A stretch of 64,000 nucleotides of DNA from NCBI RefSeq assembly GCF_036321535.1, contig NC_087436.1, positions 93,186,001 through 93,250,000 of the forward strand, given 5' to 3'. Below, piece after piece: positions 63,352-64,000 of the stretch (within the stretch, counting starts at the first letter, position 1; each line of letters opens with the position of its first letter). Source of the stretch: Camelus dromedarius. Taxonomy: Eukaryota. Both the position numbers and the translations under genes were made by a program. The notes under the pieces were generated by a model. That model was not told the DNA's origin and did not search any database. It saw nothing but the letters and a program-made list of their open reading frames with translations.

Positions 63352-64000
63352 TCAGTACCCAAATTACAGAACCTATTAAATGAATTCAAAATTCAAAACC
63401 TTGAGTGGAAGGTTGTGTCCATCCGTCTACAAGCATTGAGGCTCTAGCTTATTTTGTGTCTTGAACCGCTTCACAGAAAGCTGTTGAATGCATCCCCACA
63501 GTAGCATTCTCTGACAAAGCCCAGGTTCAAAATGTAAACATTAAAAACTGCAGTTATTTTGTCAACAGCACGGATTAAATATATTCAAAAGGCCTCAGTG
63601 AGGAACACTACCTGGCATGTTTCACGATGTTGTAAGTAAACAGAAGCCCTGCTTTCAATGGGCACAAGCTGCTTTTGTTTGGAAGAAATAAGGGGGATAA
63701 AGCTGCTACTTTTACCACAGTTTGGTCCACATCCTTCCAATTACTTGGGCCTAAATTCCTACATTGTAAACGTTGGTTGGTGTTGAGTAGCAGCTGCCAG
63801 ACACTCCTTTACCCAGCTTGAAATTGCCACAGTCCACACCACTCCCTACTGATACCAAGACTACTTACATTTACTGCCCAACCCAGTGATTTTTTTTTAA
63901 TTTCATATTCAAACTGTGAATAAATTCAAACAAAATACCGGAAGTTTTATAAACCAACTGAACACCATTCATGATTTTTCTTAAATAAAACCAACTGAAT

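Noticed and set aside
1-64000. Excess of long A-runs over T-runs on the plus strand as evidence for a minus-strand host gene
   Set aside because: My rough count (about 16 vs 10) is too small a difference, includes retroposon tails, and L1 orientations are mixed.

Overview
Eutherian genomic DNA from a gapped draft assembly, with three N-runs. It is most likely camelid (alpaca, llama or camel): there is a tRNA-derived SINE at 28612-28698 that I recognise as the camelid Vic-1 type, and I see no Alu, Bov-A/BovB, PRE-1, CHR-2 or SINEC copies. I cannot support any protein-coding gene, tRNA, rRNA or CRISPR array. The six-frame ORFs are explained by chance, by retroelement remnants or by N-gaps, so the window looks intronic or intergenic. 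It is dominated by ancient repeats (many MIR and L2 fragments, one L3/CR1 fragment, L1MA/MB/MC 3' ends, MLT1 and MER21 LTRs, MER58 and MER104 DNA transposons). There are also three better-preserved solo LTRs at 8976-9482, 42522-42935 and 44795-45369. The most notable structure is the 44795-45369 LTR. It has a perfect 4-bp TSD, intact TATA and polyA signals, and a U3 array of seven CCAAT (NF-Y) boxes at about 23-bp spacing interleaved with two octamer motifs. It faces a second solo LTR about 1.9 kb away. Other leads are weak: splice-site-bounded exon, micropeptide and microexon candidates, homeodomain- and ETS-motif clusters in repeat-free DNA, and CpG-rich palindromes. All repeat family names come from recalled consensus similarity rather than a database search, and boundaries of old repeats are approximate (tens of bp).
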